From Paraspadella gotoi (lineage: Eukaryota; Animalia; Chaetognatha): a stretch of 64,000 nucleotides of DNA. Positions 51,801 through 60,800 of this stretch are shown in pieces. Within the stretch, counting starts at the first letter, position 1; each line of letters begins with the position of its first letter. Where the stretch lies: positions 12,067,130 to 12,131,129 of the forward strand of contig CM119263.1 of the NCBI GenBank assembly GCA_051294375.1, given 5' to 3'. The notes under the pieces were generated by a model. The model was not told the DNA's origin. It searched no databases and saw only the letters and a program-made list of their open reading frames with translations. Made by a program: the position numbers and the translations under genes.

Positions 51801-54800
51801 TATTATAATATAGCAACTATGCATAAATATTAAAAAAAAATTTTTTATCAGTCTAACACTTTTCCATAGGACCAAGTAATGTTAAGTTAATTTTTAATTG
51901 AGAAAAAAATATATCGTTGAGTATTTTTGAGCAACAGTATGCAAATTAAATTTTTGTTTAAAAATGATGCTTCAAAAACAAAACTTCAAATTTTTTTTTT
52001 GAAATATAGAATGGGAATAGACCATACGAGTTTCCATCCACACATGCATATCAAGTCATTTCCATTCATTATTATTAGAAGATATAGCTTCTGGACTTAA
52101 TGATAAGGAAAAGCCAAGACCGAGTACTGGTAAATGCGGTAGAAAGTGTATGATAGAGGTTTCATTGGAATCGCGGCGACTCTAGTGGAAATGAGTTTAA
52201 CCTAATGAAAATTAAAGTCAATTTATAATCCTTTTAAAATGAAAGATTATTATAAGGCAATAATATTAAAACAGTTGAAATCAAACAATGTAGGATCTGC
52301 CTACGATAATTAAGTCAGGTAAAAGCTAACTTATCCACAAAATTGAATCTTCCCTCTTTCCATTACATTTATTTGTTTGTCCATCCATCTGAACTTTAAC
52401 CTATCATATACACTTGAGTAAAATTGATGATGATCTGAAATTTTGTTGTGTTGGCCCAGAAAAGAGGTGATTAGCTTAATCTTAGTTTGGACAAAACCAT
52501 TCTGTAGAAAAGAAATTAATTTAAAATTAAAAAAATATTAAAATAATTTTTAACTATTTATTGGTTTTCAAATTTTAAAGACAGTAAATTAATTATAGAT
52601 GATATATAGATAAACTTCAATAATAATAATATATAAGGGTAATATAAGTATAAACATAATAACAACAATGACTCTTGTTTTCTTACTCAATATCCCCTCT
52701 TTATTTTTCATCTTTCTCTCTCTCAATTATTTTCCCTCATTTTCCTTTTTGATCTCTCATTTTTCACACTTACCTTTTTTCAAAGCTCTTTACTTCTCTA
52801 TAGTCATCCATTCTCTACCATTCAATAACCATCTTCGTACTGTGATCATCTGACTTTCTTTTCATAGAGTTAAATATTAATTTAATATTTAAAAAATTAA
52901 GTTTATTTTTTAAAATTTTCCAAAAAAATGAACTTTTTGACCTATGCTATTGGAAATTTTTATTTCTACTCTAAACATAAAAGATATCAAAAAAAGAAAA
53001 AAATCAGATTGTTAGCAAATCAAATAGCTAAAAGCTGATTTTTTTTGAAATTCAAAATTCTTCTCTATTTCCAGATCTAAATTCTCCATGCTCAAAATCT
53101 TTTTAAGAAATAAAAATGTTTATGGTACAAGAAGTACAGTAGTCCCACTGTTTTAAATATACTATATTACATTATTATTGCAATTAAACTGTACTTAACT
53201 CAAATGATTCCTTATTCTTTTTGACTCAACACAGGAGGAATCAGTAAAAAGAAAGTCAATCTTGAAAAAGTGGAGAAAAAAATTCGTCATTTTTAGTTTC
53301 AAATTGATTGATCTAAAACTTTATATTTTCTAAAATTCAAAAATATAAAATAATGAATCAGAGAAGTAAGATCTTTTTTCAGCTATCATTTGGTGGTATT
53401 GATTACAATAAGGTCATTTTTACTATTTTTGGTTCATATAGTTTAAATCTGACATATCAAGGAGTACAAAATTTATCGTCAAGTTTTCCTACCACGAGTC
53501 TGCTTCTTACTGCCTTTTTAACTAATTTCCGTTTTTTGTAAATAATAAACGTTTGAGAGACAGTAATATTAATTAAGTTGTTAAATGATAGAACTCAATA
53601 TAAGCAGTCCCTGAGCTTCGGATCAGGCTGTAACACCATGTTACAGGCGGGTTAAGCGCCCCGTCCCTCTTAACTGCCAGACGACCACGGGCTAGAACCC
53701 CGGACCTTTGGGTTGGGAGGCGAATGACTTGCCTGGCACCAATGGCCGCTGATGAACGGTTGGTGGATTTTAGTCCCCATACATCCCCCCCTCCCGTAGG
53801 GAGAAGTCTGTTGCGTCTCTTCAGTGAATTTGTTGTTGGTGAAAGTTCGTCACCAAGTTGAGGCATGTCGCCTGATGTGTTGTGGGCGAAAGTGCATTCG
53901 CCAGGTTGAGGCATGTCGCCTGAAAGTGTTGTTGTTTTGCTGTTGTGTTGGAAGTCGGGCTCACCAATGAAGAGACAGGAATTATTATTATGTGTTAATG
54001 ACAGAACCATTCAATATAAGCAGTCCCTGAGCTTCGGATCAGGCTGTAACACCATTGTTACAGGCGGGTTAAGCGCCCCGTCCCTCTTAACTGCCAGACG
54101 ACCACCGGGTAGAACCCCTGGGAGGCGAATGACTGCCTCCGGCACCAATGGCCGCTGATGAACGGTTGGTGGATTTTAGTCCACCATAACGTTATAGGTA
54201 AAAGTAAAGGAAGTTTGGTAAGAACCAAGCGCATGCAGTATTATTAATGTAAAGCATTTAAGTTTGCTCACAGAATTAAGAAAATATTAGGAAAAAATTT
54301 GACTGAATCGAAAGTTCCCAGGGGAAGATAGACTATATTTTTTAACATGAATGGATAATTTTATATTGGTAGTACCAAATTTCAATGAAATAGTTAAATG
54401 TTATAAATATTAGAGTGATGTTTGAAATAATTAAATTATATAAAATTATAATTATGTATAATAAATATGGAAATAAAAACTAATATTTAATTATTTTTAA
54501 ATTTTATTACTTTAGTGGCGTAACCATGTGAGCTATATTTTATATATGTATTAAGTATATTAAAGTAGAAATACTACTATTGAAATTAAATTCAAAGGGG
54601 CGGGTTCAAAACTTATCTTGAAAGTCTACTTTTAAGAGTAAAAAAGAATTTTTAAAAAAGTTCGATTTTAATGCTTTTATTGTTGCTTTAAAATTACAAT
54701 ATATAACATATAATGTAAAAAATTTTTAATCAATCTTAACTTTTTTCTTTGAATGAATTCTAGTAGAGCATAAAAAGTTAAATAAAAATTTAACTATAAC

Positions 54801-57800
54801 TTTCAAAAATATTTATGTTTTTTGCGTCAAAATTAGAAAAAAAGTAATAAAATTATCGAAAGATTGATGATGATGGATGATGTTAATTAAATAGTTATTC
54901 TATTATTTCACATACTTATGATCACAAATATCGAAAAAAGAAATTATAACTTTTGTATAGACAACTTTATGCAAGCTCACCTAACCTGATCTTAAAAATA
55001 ATCAAAAAATCCGAAAAAAATTTTGCCTTCGATTTATAAATAAATATTAAAAATTCAATATATGGAGTATGGAGTAATATAAAAAATTTTGTCTATTCAA
55101 ATTTTATTAAAAATTGTTCTAATTTTCGTTGAGCAGGTGCTGAATTCAATTTCTTACACTTACAGAGTTAGTTTCCCCCTAAAATAGACTATAATTATCA
55201 AAAAATGTAAATTTAAATTCTTTATTTAATTAGTAAAAAATATAAAAAACATATTCAGGATACGAATTTTCAATTTCCAATTAAAAATAAGTTTTTTTTA
55301 ATGTTAACTAATTAATGATATAATTTTTAAAAAAGATAATTATTTCTTTAATCAACTTTTGTAAGGAAACTGAATCTGTTCTCAGAATTTAAAAAAAAAA
55401 CATTTTAAAATTTTGACATTTTATAAGGGTAGCACTATATACAAAATAAGCTAACCTGGGCTACTATATTTAGTAAAAAAAAATTAATGTCAGATTAGTA
55501 TTCACTAATATGAATAGTTTCAAGATATAATTTTTTTTCTGAAAAAAAACAGCAAACAAATAATTGCAGGAATGGTTGCAAAAATATCTTATAGTCAACA
55601 ATAAACGTGAACAAAAAAGGAAATAAAAAAAAGAAAAAGAGATCGGGAGACAAAGTCAAGCAACTCCGTCCACATGAGACGGCAACTCAATCACGGGACT
55701 TCGGGAAGCGAGCAGGTCCCCGTTGTCGATATAAATGCTAAATTATTTGATTTCAAACATTCACTTACCCTCTTAAACATGTATTTTGCTTTTCCATTTA
55801 AACTTATTTCCACTTATTTCCATCAATCTTGATTTCCAACCCAATCACACACTTTTAATTAACGTTCAAATCTGAGATGATATAAGTGTCTCACCGACAA
55901 GATAATGGGGTGACCGAGAGACGGACAAACTTAACTAATGAGCCAGAATCTCTTATTAGCAGATCCGGTTAAAAAAACCTCTTCTTTCTTTCCTTACCCC
56001 ACAATGTGTCTCTTTCTGTCTTTTTTGAATCAATCCATCAATCAATCAATAAATGGATTACCGCTGGCTAATATAATGGTTACTATCTAGGAAAAGGTAT
56101 ATCACATAATTTAGTTATTCAATAAAAAGTATACAAAACATGGATAAAAGATTCTTAATATTTGGTATGCCCTTTCTCGGCATTGACTACTATCTATATT
56201 CATCTGGCATGCTCTTATACAGCAAATTGAGGTATGACCGTGAAATGTGTTTCCATATCTTAACGCAATTTTTTTTCAGCCCAATTTTAATGTTGAGCGT
56301 CTTTCCCTTTTTTAGTAGAGCTATAATAGCATTTTTTTTAAACCAAAAAAAGGTGCAAGACCTTTAGCATGCCAAATTTAAAAAAATTAAACTCTTGAAA
56401 TAAAAATAAATAATTAAATACTAAAAATAGTAGAAAATTAAACAAATTTTTCACCATTTTCATTAAAAGTAACCTCCTGTAACTTCTAAACGATTGACCT
56501 ACAAAAAAATGGAAGGAAGCTTCTGAAAAAAAATCAATATAAATTCTGGAAATATTCTGATTTTTTTAAATCAAAAAAGTTTTCTAGTAATATATCCTTT
56601 ATACAAAATGTGAATAACTTTTTTTCTAGATAGTAGATTTAACCGTTAGGGTTAGACAGGCCGCGGGCGATGGAGATGTCGTGGCACGTGAACTGAGAAA
56701 ACTGAGGGAAAACTTAGGATGTGGAAGACGATGCCGCGAGTAGTTCACCGTGTTGGCAATAAACTCTCGTTGTAATCCGTCGATTTTTATTTACCTTTTG
56801 TAAATGTTTGAAAACATAAACAATCGATATTTATTTGTTGCCCACAAGTTCCCGAACTTCGGATCGAGCTGTAGTTCCGTCACTACAGTTGGATAACGCC
56901 CCGGGCGCGCTTAATGTGGAATCAGTCAGGGCGCGAACCCGGTTGGGAGGAGCTCGTGCTAGCTCCGGCGCCATAGGTGCTTCTGATTCTCGGACGAGTA
57001 ACTGGGTATGAAATACTACCGCTACAGGATAGGGTTTGGATCGGGGCCTGGTTTAGAATTAGAGTTGAGTTGAAATTTCCAGCTGGCGATGGAATGGAGT
57101 AGGTTTAGGTTAAGGACGCGAAGCCGAGTCGCCGAAAATTCCAATGGACTTGCAAAACAGACCGGGATAAAAACAAAATTAAAAATATAAATGAAAGAAA
57201 GAAAAATAGAGATCTAAATCTAATAATACCACTTTCCTTAGTTCGATAGAGACTTGATTTTCTCTTAATATTGTAATTATAGAACGGAGCCAAGAAGCAA
57301 TCATGTGCGTTTCAAGTATAAAAGCAAAGGATGTTTCTGCTTCTATTTTAAAAAACCCAGTGCATATCGGTAAGATAAAAATTAAAGTTATTAATGTTCA
57401 GTTGAAAAAGTACCACTGACGGAGGTATAAATGGAACATCATTAAACAAAATTGCAATTATTTCAAAAGTCTTGCCAAGCCAAAGTCTTTCATGCCCTCA
57501 TTCAATCATCACAAGGTATCAGCCAAGGTTGAACTGATTCAAGCATATATGTAATAAAAGTAATATATATGAAAATCAATATTATTGAAATAATTCAGCG
57601 TATTATATTATTATCATTTTAAATTTTTTTTATTATTTTTATAAGTATACCTAATTTTATTAGTATAATTATTTTTGATAATTTGCAAAATTACATATTT
57701 CACTATTTTCTATTTTTATATTTTAAAGGCTTTACTATTTAATCTAAATTATTTAATTACATATAAATTGCATTTAAAAAAATTAATATAATTGAAAAAA

Positions 57801-60800
57801 TTAAATAGGTCAAATATTATTACTTTTTAAAGATTGTATGAAATTTAAATATTTATAATCTTAAAAGCTTAATTAAAATCTAATCTAGTTTTAAAAAAAT
57901 TTATTTTATTTATAAAGAAAATTATTATAAAAATAAATAAATTATTTATGTTTAATGAAAAATTTGCAAATTATTATTATATGTACAGAAAGGAAATTGA
58001 TTTTTATAATAAAAATAACTTATTTTTTGGTTATTTCTATTTAATATAATATTTAATATTTTTTTTCTTTCGGTCTTTTAAAATTTATGAAAGATTTTAG
58101 TGACCGAGAGAAATAGCGTCGCCATGCCTCGTCTCTGCCCCTCAGTCCAACTTAGTGAGCTCAGTGGGTCTGTGAGATTTTACCGTCAATTGCCTGCTTT
58201 CCGGAACTTCGGACCCGGCGATAGGCTACTACAATATCATAAAAGAAAAATATAAGAAAAGAAAAAAAAATAGCAAAATAAAAAAGAAAAGTTAATTACA
58301 AAATTAAGGTATATTTTAAAAAAAAATGAAAATAATCAATGACGGTGATAGCGCGCAGAAGTCTTGATCAATACTATGGGAACTAAAACAGGATGTAGTC
58401 GGGCATTGCCTAGGTTCACCCGCCTATAAGTAGCGGTAGCCGACCAAATTTCAAATTTTATTTTTAATGGGAACAGTATTAAACGAATCCATTATTGGTA
58501 TTAGTTATGTGTTAAAATATTTTTTTTGAAAAAATGTTCCGAACCATTCGCTAATTAAAATTATTATTTTGCTATATAATGTAATTTTTTTTTTATATTT
58601 TAAGTTTTTTTAATTGATTCTGATAGAGCTGAAAAAGTTGAGCAAAAAATTACTTGAAAATTAGCAAAAATCTTATTAAAATTGTCGGATGAGGATGAGT
58701 TTTTTCCTAATTTTGACCCACTTATCAAAATATTGAAAGAATAATTATACTTTGTGTAGACAACTTTATAAGCTATATGAATCTGCTTTTAAAAATACAA
58801 ATAAAAAAAAAATTGACATTTCCTATTTATAAATAAATATTAAAAAATTAGCCATTTTAAAAAATTTGGTCATTGTCAATGGACCAAATTGAAAGTTTCT
58901 CAGAAATGTATGAATTTTCATTGGGAAGGTTCCCAAATCAAACTTCTGACCCACCCCATTGACAAAGATGCTCTACTATAAGCATGACACTTTCAGTTGT
59001 GACCCTGTGGCTCATTGAGTAAAGCCATCAGTTCATGACCACTAGGTACCGGTTCAATCCCAACCCAGTACCTACCCTGTGGGAAGCGTGAGGACAGCCG
59101 TAAGCTGCCTTGGGGGCATGACAATCCCTCAAGCATGGTTCCAAGCCCAGGGATCCGTTCCATGCGGCTAGAGAGGGTTATAGAAGTTACGGACAGTCAT
59201 CTTTAGCCCACTGTACGCCTTATCCACAAGGCTAAGTGTATTTATAGCTTAGAAGAGGATCGACACGGGTAGATTTTCCATCGAGCTTGCAGTGTTGCAA
59301 TCGCATTAGTCGATTCCATCCTTGAGTCATTCGCCCGATCCTCTGATCCGTTTTCAATTCTCGAAGGTTAAAGGTCTTTTGATGATGACTAAGGTCATCT
59401 TAATGACTGTGGTCAATTAGAGTTAATAGGAGTCACCCGAGAAGGAAGGTGGCCTGTGGTAAGTCGCCTCTTAGTTTAATAATCCGCTGTTATTGTTTTT
59501 CAGTGAATTTTTTTTGACTCTATATTTTGGGGAGGAACAACTTTTTCGATAGATCAAGCGATTAATTACTATGGCAATACTAAAGCGTTTTATTTTGCTG
59601 ATCGGCTCACTATTCAGGATGTTGCCGATGAAGAAAGCGGCTATGATGCCGTTTGCAAGGTAGATTTAAAACAAAATAAATAAAAAAAAAAGTTTGAGCA
59701 AACAATGTCAGAACCCTCATGATACTCCTAATATTACTATTTTGCTTTAAGAGGAAGGTTTGTTCACCGTACCATGCGTGAACTTAAATGTGATACAGCT
59801 CTGACATCAAGAAAGACATCGTAGCTACGGTTAATGAAATTCGTTGTTCAAAAGAAACAACCTATTCTCCTTTAATGATAATTCTTATAAAATATTTATA
59901 ATTCTTTTGTCATTTTAATAGAATTTATAAGTTTTGAATCAAAAACCCTGTAGGAAAGTCGCTTTTAAAGAAAATTTATTTGTAATTTACAAAGTAATTA
60001 CATTTTAAACATAGGGAAAAGTTTATAGATGGTTTTGCTCTTTTTAAGAAAAGTCGATTTACAGTTAAATCTTCTTATGGTGGACTAAAATTCACCAAAG
60101 TCTCATAGCGGCCGTTGGTGTACGAGGCAAGTCATTTGCTTCCCAACCCAAAGGTCAAGGGTTTTATCCCGTATAGAGGACGCGCCGCTTAACTCGCCTG
60201 TAATACGGTGGGCCTTGTTTTGCCCAGAACGACCCTATTTTATCTTAAAATCGGAATTAACTTAATTTATTTGGCTAAAGATTGGTTAGAAGTATAGATT
60301 AGGGATTGTTTTATAAGTTTAAAAATTTATTTAAATTAAATATTATAGTTAAAATTTATTCGGAAAACAAAGGAAAGGGGCACTCTCTCCAAATGAATAG
60401 TTTTGGGTAATTATTGTTTGAAAGCGCTTTCAATGTTTACTTAATTCGGGTAAAATACTATAACTTTGTTCTTAACTGAAAAAAATCAATTAAGGTTTAT
60501 AAATCAGTGCGGAAAAAATCCTTTCTCGGTTACCCTATTGTGAGACATTGCTGCAGAATAATGGTAGACTATTACGCCTGGAAGCCCCCCGGAACCTCCG
60601 TCAACTTTCTTTTTCTTCATCCCAGGTAAATTTGATTCAAAAAAATTTACATACTTTTTACTTACTTTTTACACAATTTTTAATAAAAGGAAAAATACTG
60701 TAAAAGTGTATTATATCTTTAATTTTTAGCCAACCAAATTCAAAATTTAATGGGAACAGCAATAAACAAATGGTTATCAATACTCCTGATAGTGTTAAAA

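Noticed and set aside
59504-60625. Mutually exclusive alternative exons
   Set aside because: Frameshifted, downstream of later exons, and inside a probable false duplication.
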